Below are positions 16,440 to 25,657 of a DNA stretch of 32,224 nt, piece by piece (within the stretch, counting starts at the first letter, position 1; every line of letters starts with the position of its first letter). The position numbers and the translations under genes were made by a program. This DNA is from a virus (Duplodnaviria; Caudoviricetes), in IMG/VR virus record IMGVR_UViG_3300025162_001865, positions 1 to 32,224 of that record. One strand, 5' to 3'. The notes below the pieces were generated by a model. That model was not told the origin of the DNA. It did not search any database and saw nothing but the letters and a program-made list of their open reading frames with translations.

Positions 16440-16826
16440 ATGTTTACTTTCTTTTTACGGTCTTACCGAAGTGGCTTATTGGATTTTTGTGGTTCATCCG
16501 TAGAAGTTAAGTTCGATTCTAATGGACTTGATGGTAAAGTTTCCTTTAAATTATTTGAGAATGGACAGATGAAGTTGGATAACTTATCCAGTTGTCATTC
16601 TAATGTCCTAAAAGGTGTAATCATCGGTAAAAAATCGTGGGGACTTCATGTAAAAATGTGGTCAGAGGGAATTTCTGATGGTGATTTCCGAATATGTGAA
16701 ATTATAAATGATTTTACTAATAAAAAAATATATATTCCAGAACCATTAATGATTGATTTTGAAAACACTATAAAAAAGAATATCAAAAAGAAGTTAGTCC
16801 ATTTATCTATCCATAATTCGACTTAA
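16440..16826 (+). CDS. Hypothetical protein
   Basis: 128 aa ORF; ATG lies in a hairpin. Confidence 0.6.
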   Translation: MFTFFLRSYRSGLLDFCGSSVEVKFDSNGLDGKVSFKLFENGQMKLDNLSSCHSNVLKGVIIGKKSWGLHVKMWSEGISDGDFRICEIINDFTNKKIYIPEPLMIDFENTIKKNIKKKLVHLSIHNST

Positions 16827-16860
16827 ATTTTTAATATATAAAAAGAAAATGATGTTGTAA

Positions 16861-17604
16861 ATGGATAATAGAATAATATGGATTTATGGTTTAATTGACC
16901 CAAGAGATAATGAAGTTAAATATGTCGGAAAAACTTTTAGATTAGAACAAAGATTCAAAGACCATTTAACTGAAAAAAAGGTAAATACATTAAAAACTGC
17001 TTGGATTAAAAAATTGAAAAAATTGAATTTGATTCCAGAATTGTTTATTTTAGAAGAAACTAATACTAAAGAATGTGATTTGTTAGAAATTTATTGGATT
17101 AGTCAAATGAAAAGCTGGGGGTTCAATTTGAAGAATATGACTAAGGGTGGTGATGGTTCGTATGGTGTTAAACCTTGGAATAAAGGATTAAAAAGTGTTT
17201 TTCATCACAGTGATGAATCAAAAAAGAAAATGAGTGAAAAAAGAAAGGGAAAGGAACTTACTTGGTTGAAAGACAGAAAAATATCAGATGATGAAAAAAG
17301 AAAAATGAGTGAATATAGAAAAGGAAGAAAATTAGGAAAATATAAGAGTAATGGTAATTATAAGAAAGTATATTGTTATGACACGATAGGAAATCTTATA
17401 AAAATTTATAAATCCGGGAAAGATACAGAAAATGATGGATTTGATTCTGGTATCGTTTCAAAAGTTTGTAGAAAAATTAACAAAACTCACAAAGGTTATA
17501 TATTTTCATTAATTGAAATAAAAAATTTCAATCCAAGTGATTATGTCAAAAATGTTTGGAAATTTGGAAATAAAAAGAAAGGAACAGAAAATGGAAACAA
17601 TTAA
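16861..17604 (+). CDS. GIY-YIG-like homing endonuclease with NUMOD3/NUMOD1-type repeats
   Basis: WIYGL.DPR...KYVGKT; E.YWI; N.T.GGDG; HSDESKKKMSE repeats; C-terminal VYCYD..GNLIK. Confidence 0.82.
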   Translation: MDNRIIWIYGLIDPRDNEVKYVGKTFRLEQRFKDHLTEKKVNTLKTAWIKKLKKLNLIPELFILEETNTKECDLLEIYWISQMKSWGFNLKNMTKGGDGSYGVKPWNKGLKSVFHHSDESKKKMSEKRKGKELTWLKDRKISDDEKRKMSEYRKGRKLGKYKSNGNYKKVYCYDTIGNLIKIYKSGKDTENDGFDSGIVSKVCRKINKTHKGYIFSLIEIKNFNPSDYVKNVWKFGNKKKGTENGNN

Positions 17605-18271
17605 AATAGAAATAAGAGCATCCGAGGGTGGAAATGATTCTAAATTATTGGTTAAAGATTTAACTGATATTTATACAAAATCATGTCGTAATAAAAACTT
17701 CAGTTATAAAATTGAGGAAAGAGATGGTTTTGCTTCAATATGAATTACAGGAAATGGTATTAAATCGTATTTTGGTAATGAAAGTGGATCTCATTGTTTT
17801 GTAAGAGTTCCGCCAACGGAAAAGAATGGTAGAGTCCAGACCAGTTTCGTTACCGTTGCAATTATGAATCCTGAGGTCAATACAGATTTCCAGTTGAATC
17901 ATAAAGAGATAGTGAAGCAATATACCTGTTCACGCGGAAATGGTGGTCAAAACGTAAATAGATTGAAAACTTGTGTGGTTTTAACTCATATACCAACCGG
18001 AATAATGGTGAGATCTGAAGAAACTAGAAATCAGGGTAAAAATGAAGAATTAGCTTATAAAAGATTGTATGAAAAATTAAAATCTATTGAAGATAAGAAA
18101 AATTATGAAAAGAATAAAGATTATCGTAATAATCAGATTGGAAATGGAAGTAGAGGTGGTCAAAAAAGGAGAACTTATCGAATAAGAGAAGATATAGTAT
18201 TAGACCACATTACTGGAAAAACTTGTCGATGGAAAGATATATTAAAAGGTAAAATAGAATTACTTTTTTAA
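17591..18271 (+). CDS. Class I peptide chain release factor-like (PxT, GGQ), no domain 1, in-frame TGA at 17741
   Basis: IEIRASEGG; ESGSH..VRVPPTEKNGRVQTS..TVA; GNGGQNVNR; THIPTG; RTY; 226 codons if TGA is read through. Confidence 0.88.
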
Positions 18272-18286
18272 AATATATAAAATATT

Positions 18287-18508
18287 ATGACATATAATAA
18301 AGGAGATATTTTGAAATCAAAATTAAATACACCAACTAATAAAATGTTTGTTATGCTTACAGATCAGGTAAATACGATGTATTGGGTTGTTGTTTTGTTT
18401 AATAATTTGAATGATGTGTGTGTTGGTGATACAACGAATGGTATCGATATTGAAGATCTTGAAATATCATCTATTAATGAAATGGCAACTTTTATAGTAT
18501 CTTTGTAA
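18287..18508 (+). CDS. Hypothetical protein
   Basis: 73 aa ORF. Confidence 0.55.
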   Translation: MTYNKGDILKSKLNTPTNKMFVMLTDQVNTMYWVVVLFNNLNDVCVGDTTNGIDIEDLEISSINEMATFIVSL

Positions 18509-18580
18509 TTTTTTTATTCCATTTAATTGTTATATTTTTGTATAAAATAAGAAAAATGATAATTTTTTAAACATTGATAT

Positions 18581-18994
18581 ATGAAATCAAAAGAAAAATT
18601 TTCTCGTATTATTCTTGCTTTTCTTAAAGATAACAAAAACAAAAAATTCACCGTTAAAGAGATAGGTGAATCTTGTTTTTGTGGTCAAGGAATGGAATAT
18701 CATCACAATGTATCTGAATTTCTCACTTGGTTAAACGAAATGGGTTATGTTAGATGGTTTTTTAATGGTGTTGAAACTCGTAGGAAAGATATAAAAGAAA
18801 AAGTGATTGGTGGTCTTTATCAATATAAATGTGGAGATGGAATTTCAACAAATGATAAGATTTTGGATCTTTGGAGAAAGGACACCTTAGATTTTTTTGT
18901 ATTCTGTTGTCCCGGTGATAAAGAATATGTTGATTATGTTTTATCTATGGGATATGGGAGTGGTTATTTCAAAATTAAATTATTAAAGATATGA
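18581..18994 (+). CDS. Hypothetical protein, possible winged-helix
   Basis: ILAFLK...FTVKEIG...L.WLNEMGYV pattern. Confidence 0.55.
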   Translation: MKSKEKFSRIILAFLKDNKNKKFTVKEIGESCFCGQGMEYHHNVSEFLTWLNEMGYVRWFFNGVETRRKDIKEKVIGGLYQYKCGDGISTNDKILDLWRKDTLDFFVFCCPGDKEYVDYVLSMGYGSGYFKIKLLKI

Positions 18995-19185
18995 TACACA
19001 TAGAAAAAATTTCAATCATTTTTTTTAGAGCATTTGTCATAGCAATGCTAATTATAAATTGGAATCCAAAAGCTTACTGGGGATTACCATTTGGAATACT
19101 TATTGGGTTTCTTAGTGAAACTAGATGGATGACACATACTGATATTTTGAAAAACAAAAATAAAAATGAAGAAAAAGACAGTTAA
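18991..19185 (+). CDS. Small membrane protein
   Basis: Two hydrophobic segments. Confidence 0.55.
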   Translation: MIHIEKISIIFFRAFVIAMLIINWNPKAYWGLPFGILIGFLSETRWMTHTDILKNKNKNEEKDS

Positions 19186-19456
19186 TTTGGTTACAGCATA
19201 TCATATTGATATCTTCTGTAAAATGAATGATTGGCAGGATATCAAATGTGGTGGTTCTCCTACACTTGGTTTCGATTTTTATGTATCTGGAAATAAGGTT
19301 AAATGGGAGAAAGATATTAAGAAACTTCTAGAAAAATACAATCATAAGTATGAGTCAATCAATATTAGAAAAATTACAGATTTTAGAGAAGATTGGATTT
19401 GGACCTTCGAAAGAATAGAAGAATGTATTAGCAAAGAAGATCCTTATAGCTGGTAA
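19166..19456 (+). CDS. Hypothetical protein
   Basis: 96 aa ORF. Confidence 0.6.
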   Translation: MKKKTVNLVTAYHIDIFCKMNDWQDIKCGGSPTLGFDFYVSGNKVKWEKDIKKLLEKYNHKYESINIRKITDFREDWIWTFERIEECISKEDPYSW

Positions 19457-19513
19457 TTTTTTTATATTATAGAACATTCGTATCTTTGTGTTGTCAAATT
19501 AAAACAACCAGAG

Positions 19514-19909
19514 ATGGAAAATCTATTTACAAAGGCGTTAGAAAAGACCAAACCCGATCTTGTCGAAGTTGTTAAACGGAGAAACGCTGAAAAACAGGAT
19601 CAAATTAAAAGGGATATTCAGGAAAAAGAAAACCATGATAAATGGTTAGAAAGAAAAAGGTTAGAAAATAAAACCAAAGAACTGAATGTTTCAAGGAAAA
19701 ACAAAATTAAGGATATGTTAAAAACCCTTAATGGGCTTCCACCTTATGATAGTTGCAGTAATATTTGTTATTTGGATGGTTATTATAGTCAATCTATTCC
19801 CGGAAAACCGGGTAATAAAGAATATGATGTTGCAATGGAAGAACTTATAAAAGAGTTTGGACCTGAAAAGAATTGGGATCGTTTTATGGATAAAGAATTA
19901 AAATGGTAA
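19514..19909 (+). CDS. Hypothetical protein
   Basis: 131 aa ORF between promoter and terminator. Confidence 0.7.
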   Translation: MENLFTKALEKTKPDLVEVVKRRNAEKQDQIKRDIQEKENHDKWLERKRLENKTKELNVSRKNKIKDMLKTLNGLPPYDSCSNICYLDGYYSQSIPGKPGNKEYDVAMEELIKEFGPEKNWDRFMDKELKW

Positions 19910-19929
19910 TTTAATATTAAATTTTCGTT

Positions 19930-19965
19930 AAAAACGGGATTAGATGAAAATCAATCCCGTTTTTT
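19930..19965 (+). terminator. Intrinsic terminator
   Basis: aaaaacgggatt...aatcccgttttt. Confidence 0.8.
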
Positions 19966-19991
19966 AATATATAGAAAGAAAAAAATAATCA

Positions 19992-20354
19992 ATGTTAATT
20001 AAAGGAAAAAATGTTTTAGTTATAGAAGATAACGAAGAACACATGAGAATAGCAGAACAATATTTAAAGTCTTTAAAAGCAAAGGTTTATAAATGTTTTA
20101 CTGGGGAGAACGCTATTGATATATTCAAAAAGAAAAAAATTGATTTGGTAATTATCGATTATAGACTTCCTTATAAAAATGGATTAATGATAACTAATGA
20201 GATGAAATCATTAAAAAGTGTTCCAATTATATTAATATCTGGTCAGGATGATATAATTCAAGATATTGATTATGTTAAAAGATTTAAATTTGATGAAGTT
20301 ATTCCTAAACCATATCATAAACAAACACTTGTTGATATAATTGAAAAATTATAA
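19992..20354 (+). CDS. Stand-alone response regulator receiver (CheY-like)
   Basis: LVIEDN, DLVIIDYRLP..NG, PIILISG, KP motifs. Confidence 0.9.
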   Translation: MLIKGKNVLVIEDNEEHMRIAEQYLKSLKAKVYKCFTGENAIDIFKKKKIDLVIIDYRLPYKNGLMITNEMKSLKSVPIILISGQDDIIQDIDYVKRFKFDEVIPKPYHKQTLVDIIEKL

Positions 20355-20407
20355 TTTTTAAGACTTTTTTATAATTCGTGTGTATAAAAGTAAAAATAAT
20401 TATTTTT

Positions 20408-21076
20408 ATGTATACGAATTTTTTCTTTTTTGACATTGAAACAACATCAAAATATGGTGATTTTAATACACTTAAATTAAATGATCCAAGAGGATCCGAA
20501 TTGTTTACCAAAAAGTGTGAAAGAATGGCTGATTTTGATGAATGGAAAGGTAAAACAGTCGAAGAACTTTATGTAAATAAATCTCCCTTATTAGCTGAGC
20601 ATGGAAAAATTATATGTTTATCTTTTGGAATGTTTAAAGATTCAGCTTCAGATACTCCAATTATCAGAACTTTAATAAATGATAATGAAGAAATTCTAAT
20701 GGCTGAAATAAAACAACTATTTGATAAAGTTAGTAAATCTGGAAAAAGAATATGTGGGTATAATGTTAAAAATTTCGATGTTCCTTGGATTATTAGAAAA
20801 TTATACAAATACAATTTAGATATTCCATCAATTATTAATGTAATAGATAAAAAACCTTGGGAAACAGGTATTATTGATTTATATTCATATTTCGTTAAAT
20901 ATACTTCTATGGATGAAGTTGCTTATGATTTGGGTATAGAATCATCCAAAAATAATTTAGATGGATCCAAAGTTCATGAGTATTATTGGATTAAAAGAGA
21001 CAATCAATCTATTATGAATTATTGTGAGCAAGATGTCAGGGTATTAGTTGATATTTCTAGAAAAATAAAATTATAA
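20408..21076 (+). CDS. 3'-5' exonuclease related to PolB proofreading domain (DEDD)
   Basis: FFDIET, GKIICLS, CGYNVKNFDVPWI, YCEQDV. Confidence 0.85.
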   Translation: MYTNFFFFDIETTSKYGDFNTLKLNDPRGSELFTKKCERMADFDEWKGKTVEELYVNKSPLLAEHGKIICLSFGMFKDSASDTPIIRTLINDNEEILMAEIKQLFDKVSKSGKRICGYNVKNFDVPWIIRKLYKYNLDIPSIINVIDKKPWETGIIDLYSYFVKYTSMDEVAYDLGIESSKNNLDGSKVHEYYWIKRDNQSIMNYCEQDVRVLVDISRKIKL

Positions 21077-21128
21077 TTTTTTATTTCGAATCTTATTTCT
21101 TATCTTTGTATTCTAATTAAAAACCATT

Positions 21129-21338
21129 ATGGCTCAAAATCATATTTTGAAAGTTGTTAAGGGTAATGTTGAGGTTTATAACTTACAGACAATGAATAAA
21201 GTAAGAACCGTATATAAAGGCGGTGATGCCACCATTGCTCAATGGTATGATGAAATAAATGAATCGGTTTCGGTTCAACTTCATAATGGTAAAGTGAAGA
21301 TAATAAACAAATTTGGAAATATAATAAGAACCATATGA
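21129..21338 (+). CDS. Hypothetical protein
   Basis: 69 aa ORF after promoter motif. Confidence 0.6.
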   Translation: MAQNHILKVVKGNVEVYNLQTMNKVRTVYKGGDATIAQWYDEINESVSVQLHNGKVKIINKFGNIIRTI

Positions 21339-21538
21339 AAATTTTCTTTAAACAAACGACAAAGGGGGGAAGTTATTCTGTGGATGTTCCTCTCTATAAT
21401 AGAGGAACTGAATTGGGAATTGATTTTGATGGATGTAAAAATCAACTTTTTCTTGAAGATGTTACTATACGTCAAGCAGAAAGAATGATTCGTCAATTAC
21501 AAGAATATATTGATGGTAAAAAATCAGAAACTATTTAA
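21335..21538 (+). CDS. Hypothetical protein
   Basis: 67 aa ORF. Confidence 0.6.
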   Translation: MKIFFKQTTKGGSYSVDVPLYNRGTELGIDFDGCKNQLFLEDVTIRQAERMIRQLQEYIDGKKSETI

Positions 21539-21549
21539 TTTTATTTTAC

Positions 21550-21891
21550 ATGGAAAATTTAGAAAAATTTAATTTAGAAAAATATCTTGCAGAGAATAAC
21601 GAAGATAAAGTATTCAAACACATTTACTTTTTACCATTTATGGTTTGTGATAAATTTTCATATCACGAAGAATATTATGTAGTAAAAGGTGGTGAAGTTT
21701 TTCTTATTCAAGAAAGTCAAAGAGGTAAATCAGATTTTCTTTATCCAACTAATGATACATTAGTAGAAACATGTGGTAGAGGAATTCCATGTGGTAAATT
21801 TAATGAAAAGAAAAAATATCCAAAAGTTGTAAAATTCTTTGATATAAAGGATTTCAAAAATGTAATGAAAAGTGTTTTGAAAAATGATTAA
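21550..21891 (+). CDS. Hypothetical protein
   Basis: 113 aa ORF. Confidence 0.6.
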   Translation: MENLEKFNLEKYLAENNEDKVFKHIYFLPFMVCDKFSYHEEYYVVKGGEVFLIQESQRGKSDFLYPTNDTLVETCGRGIPCGKFNEKKKYPKVVKFFDIKDFKNVMKSVLKND

Positions 21892-22257
21892 TTATTTTTG
21901 AATAAATTGATCAAATTTTAATAATCTATTTTCTTTTTTCAATTTATCTTTTTCTTTATTTATATGGTTCTGAATTTTATCAAGAGCTTTCTTTTTATCT
22001 TCAGGACTTTTTATTTTATTATAAGTATCAATTGCATCTTCTTCATCAGCTATTCCTGACATAACCAATTCATCATAATATGAATCATTTTCCTGTTCAT
22101 GATCCATAGCAATTTCGGTAGCTGTATCTTCATCTGAAGTGTGTTCTCTTTCAACTTTTTTACCAACTTCAATTTCATCTGGTTTATAATCATCTGGTTT
22201 TTTTCCATCAGATTTTCCACCGTGTAAATGTTCTTTCCATTTTTTAATTTCAGACAT
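21892..22257 (-). CDS. DUF5661-like phage protein
   Basis: G.KVE.EH......A.EIAMDH..E...YY..L motif. Confidence 0.65.
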   Translation of the reverse strand: MSEIKKWKEHLHGGKSDGKKPDDYKPDEIEVGKKVEREHTSDEDTATEIAMDHEQENDSYYDELVMSGIADEEDAIDTYNKIKSPEDKKKALDKIQNHINKEKDKLKKENRLLKFDQFIQK

Positions 22258-22367
22258 ATAAAAAAATTCAATTTTTTTTGAAATATATAACTATATATTA
22301 AAATTAAACTAATAAAAACGGAAAAACTATAATAATAAGTAATTTTCCTAAAAACTAAACGATAAAG

Positions 22368-23606
22368 ATGAAAAAGAATAATCAGAATCTAATTATTAGT
22401 GACAACAACAGCTCAATCTTAACCGCATTAAAATATAATGGGAAAAGTAAATCAATTGATGATTTTAATGTATTAGAAGAATATTACAATCAATTTAAAG
22501 AACAACCTCACACTATTCAAATTGTTCATGATGAATGTGAATTTTTTAAATTAGATTTTATAAAAAAAGAAATAGTAAAAGAATTTCCAAAATCAAAAAT
22601 AATATTTAGAGATTCTTATTATGATGTGAAGAAAAATGTCAATCAATCCAGTAGAGAAGTTTGGTTGATTGAGCAAGGATATATGATGAACATATATTCT
22701 AGTTCTTCATCTGTTTTTTATACCAATCCTGAATTAGATGTGGCTCTAGATAAAGATACTGAATTAATCAGTTCAAATTGTTTAGTGTGTCCTCCACCAG
22801 AATCAAAAAATAAAAATCCAAATATAGAAAGAAAACTATATGATATTTTTAATAAATCTGTGGTATCAGAAGTTCTTAAAAATTCTGTTGGTTTAATTAG
22901 TATGGATAATAGCAGTTCCTTATATGTAAGAGAATTTACTTTAGATAAGAAAATAAAAATACCTGATTTAGATCTTTATTATGGTGAAGATTTTACAGAT
23001 TTTAGTAAAAAGTTAATCAGAAGATTAACAAAGGATGATAAAGGGTTAGTTTTATTACACGGAAAACCCGGAACTGGAAAAACATATTATATTCGTTATC
23101 TTCTTCAAAAATTAACACAAATAAACAAAAAAGTTTTATATTTTCCTCCAACAATGGTTGACTCTATCACAGATCCGTCTTTTTTCAACTTTATAACCGA
23201 CTGGACAATGGAAAATGGTAAAAGGACTATATTACTCATTGAAGATGCCGAACCTCTCCTAGCGTCTAGGAACAACAATCGTAATCTTGGTATTACAAAT
23301 CTTTTAAATTTAACTGATGGTATTTTAAATGATATCTTATCCATTCAAATTATTGCTACATTTAATACAGATTTAGGTGAATTAGATGATGCTCTATTAA
23401 GACCAGAAAGACTTATTGCAAGGAAAGAATTTACTAATTTATCTCTTAAACAATCGAAATTAGTTGCTGAAAAATTAAAATTGGATCCAAAAATAGTGAC
23501 AAAAGAAATGTCATTAGCTGAACTTTATGCTATGAAGAAAAATAAAGAAATAATGAGTCATGGTATAAAACAGGAAAAACATATGGGGTTTAAAATAGGT
23601 GGATAA
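22368..23606 (+). CDS. AAA+ ATPase
   Basis: GKPGTGKT Walker A, LLIEDAE Walker B, LLNLTDG, ALLRPERL. Confidence 0.9.
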   Translation: MKKNNQNLIISDNNSSILTALKYNGKSKSIDDFNVLEEYYNQFKEQPHTIQIVHDECEFFKLDFIKKEIVKEFPKSKIIFRDSYYDVKKNVNQSSREVWLIEQGYMMNIYSSSSSVFYTNPELDVALDKDTELISSNCLVCPPPESKNKNPNIERKLYDIFNKSVVSEVLKNSVGLISMDNSSSLYVREFTLDKKIKIPDLDLYYGEDFTDFSKKLIRRLTKDDKGLVLLHGKPGTGKTYYIRYLLQKLTQINKKVLYFPPTMVDSITDPSFFNFITDWTMENGKRTILLIEDAEPLLASRNNNRNLGITNLLNLTDGILNDILSIQIIATFNTDLGELDDALLRPERLIARKEFTNLSLKQSKLVAEKLKLDPKIVTKEMSLAELYAMKKNKEIMSHGIKQEKHMGFKIGG

Positions 23607-23608
23607 AA

Positions 23609-23662
23609 TGTCATACACATTATGACAAAATGACACAAATTTGAATTGGCATACATTTTGAA
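23609..23662 (+). promoter_or_regulatory. Putative sigma54-like (-24/-12) heat-shock promoter with TGTCA/TGACA boxes
   Basis: tgtca 23609, tgaca 23623 and 23631; tggca-tacatt-ttga 23647-23661. Confidence 0.55.
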
Positions 23663-23709
23663 ATAGTTTTATCAAATAGTTAAAAAATAAAACGAAAGGA
23701 GATAAAACT

Positions 23710-24144
23710 ATGAGCTTAATTAGATTTAATCAAAACAGACCTCTAAGTTATTTAGAGAAATTCTTTGAAAACGATGATTGGTTTTCATTAAGAAAATTAA
23801 ATGATTGGTATGTTGGTGACAATGGTAAAGTAAACATTAAAGAAAATGAAAATGATTATACCATTGAAGTAAGTGCACCGGGATTTACAAAAGAAGAATT
23901 AACAGTTAATATCAGTGATGGTATTTTAACAGTTAGTGGAGAACACACCAATGAATCAAAAGATGAAAAAGAAAATTTTTCTCGTAGAGAATTTTCAAAA
24001 TCATCATTCAGTCGTTCTTTTAGAATTCCTGAAGATGTAGATGAAAATGGTTATGATGCCAAATTCGAAAATGGAATCTTATCATTAATGGTAATGAAAC
24101 CAAAAGAATTACCAAAGGTTGAAAAGAAAATCGAAATCAAGTAA
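23710..24144 (+). CDS. Small heat shock protein (Hsp20/alpha-crystallin)
   Basis: VNIKE...APGF.KE...GILTVSG...RREF...FSRSF.IP...AKFENGIL; C-terminal IEI. Confidence 0.93.
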   Translation: MSLIRFNQNRPLSYLEKFFENDDWFSLRKLNDWYVGDNGKVNIKENENDYTIEVSAPGFTKEELTVNISDGILTVSGEHTNESKDEKENFSRREFSKSSFSRSFRIPEDVDENGYDAKFENGILSLMVMKPKELPKVEKKIEIK

Positions 24145-24148
24145 ACCA

Positions 24149-24176
24149 AAAAAGTCGGGGAAACCCGACTTTTTTA
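24149..24176. terminator. Bidirectional intrinsic terminator
   Basis: aaaaagtcggg-gaaa-cccgacttttt between convergent genes. Confidence 0.85.
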
Positions 24177-24177
24177 T

Positions 24178-25209
24178 TTAAAATTTACCAATTGTTTCTT
24201 CTGGTTTATCTATTTTGAAAATTGGGGCTATGGCATCTCTAGTTTTATTTAATTGATCTGGTGTAGTTTTATCGTTAAAAATAGTTTTTAATAAAGTTTC
24301 TTTTCCTTTAGTATTTTTTCCAGATGCTGTCATTTTTGATACTACATTTTGAGTATTTTTATCTTCTACACTATTTGTTTCTGTTGTTCCAGATACTGTT
24401 GGTTTGAAAGCTTTTAATTTCTTTTGCATTACACCATAAAAATTATTTTTTATGACATTTATATTTTCTTGTTTTAATGTATCTATTGGTTGATTTGATG
24501 TTGTAGCAGTGGCTGTTGGTTCTGCCGGGGCTGCTGGATCAGCTTCAAATATTTTATTATAATCATCATAAGACATTATATGTTTTTCTGTTGAATTTCC
24601 TCTAATTGCATTGTTTGATTGTTGTTGGTTTGCAGGTGCTGGTGTTTCTGCTGGTTTTGCTTCTGGTTTTGCCGGTGTTTCTGGTGTGTTAGTTTTAGGT
24701 GGATCTGCTGTAAGATCTTTATAATTATTTATTGATTTATCAACTTCATCCATTGGATATTTAGCTTTAGTTGCAAAGTTTTTTACTAAGGCGTTTACAG
24801 CATTTGGTAAATTTTTAACAAATGCATCGGTGGTATCAAAATTATACATAGCTGAAAGATTAGGATCGTCAAAAACAGAATTTGGTTTTAATCCATATTT
24901 TAATTTCATTTCATTTAAAGCTGGAAAAGTTGAAACTTGAATTTCATAATTTAATTTTCTAATTTGATCAATAGTGGTTGCGTTTTTCATACTATCTTCA
25001 AAATATGTACTATATGGTTGAAGAATATTACTATTGAAAATTGATAAAGTATTATTCCAATCCTTGGATGTTTCTAATTTTTTTGTAAAATTTCCAAGAC
25101 TATCTTGTAATTTTTTATTAACACCTTTAAAAAATCTATTAATTTTTTGTAAAGCATCCCAGAATTTTCCTTCGTTTGTAAATTCTTCAAAATTTTTAAT
25201 ATTTTGCAT
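24178..25209 (-). CDS. Hypothetical protein, possible virion internal protein
   Basis: N-terminus IKNFEEFTNE; P/A/T-rich linkers. Confidence 0.65.
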   Translation of the reverse strand: MQNIKNFEEFTNEGKFWDALQKINRFFKGVNKKLQDSLGNFTKKLETSKDWNNTLSIFNSNILQPYSTYFEDSMKNATTIDQIRKLNYEIQVSTFPALNEMKLKYGLKPNSVFDDPNLSAMYNFDTTDAFVKNLPNAVNALVKNFATKAKYPMDEVDKSINNYKDLTADPPKTNTPETPAKPEAKPAETPAPANQQQSNNAIRGNSTEKHIMSYDDYNKIFEADPAAPAEPTATATTSNQPIDTLKQENINVIKNNFYGVMQKKLKAFKPTVSGTTETNSVEDKNTQNVVSKMTASGKNTKGKETLLKTIFNDKTTPDQLNKTRDAIAPIFKIDKPEETIGKF

Positions 25210-25648
25210 TTTCTTGATATTTTTTTATTTTATACTTTTTATTAGTTAAGTATTTAATATATTCATCTTTCATTTTATCAACAAATTTATTATCATCACA
25301 ATCTTTTATTTTAATATCATATATTATATCATCGTTGATACTTATAGCTACATTAAATGATGATGTATTGTAGGTTCCTATTATAATATCTCCATTATTC
25401 ATTATAATACTTAATGAACTTCTTTTCTTTTCTTTATGTATAGAAAAATCATCTGTTTGTAGATTTCCATTTATTTTCTTTGGGTGAATACTTTTTTTTT
25501 TATCAGATTTATAAATTACTAAAGTAAAATCGTTTATAATTTTATCAATAAATTCTTGTGAAGAATTACCAACTTTTATACTAATATCATTCAAATCTAT
25601 TGTTTCATAGATTTTTTTAAGTATATCAAAATCATCAAATTTTATCAT
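25196..25648 (-). CDS. Hypothetical protein
   Basis: 150 aa ORF. Confidence 0.65.
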   Translation of the reverse strand: MIKFDDFDILKKIYETIDLNDISIKVGNSSQEFIDKIINDFTLVIYKSDKKKSIHPKKINGNLQTDDFSIHKEKKRSSLSIIMNNGDIIIGTYNTSSFNVAISINDDIIYDIKIKDCDDNKFVDKMKDEYIKYLTNKKYKIKKYQENAKY

Positions 25649-25657
25649 TTAAAATTA

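Noticed and set aside
16861-17604. Group I intron hosting the GIY-YIG gene inside the release factor
   Set aside because: The ORF directly overlaps the RF start, and no intron core or upstream RF exon is visible.
17741-17800. Selenocysteine insertion or prfB-type +1 frameshift at the RF UGA
   Set aside because: The downstream part is in the same frame, there is no CTT-TGA slip site, and no convincing SECIS hairpin was seen.
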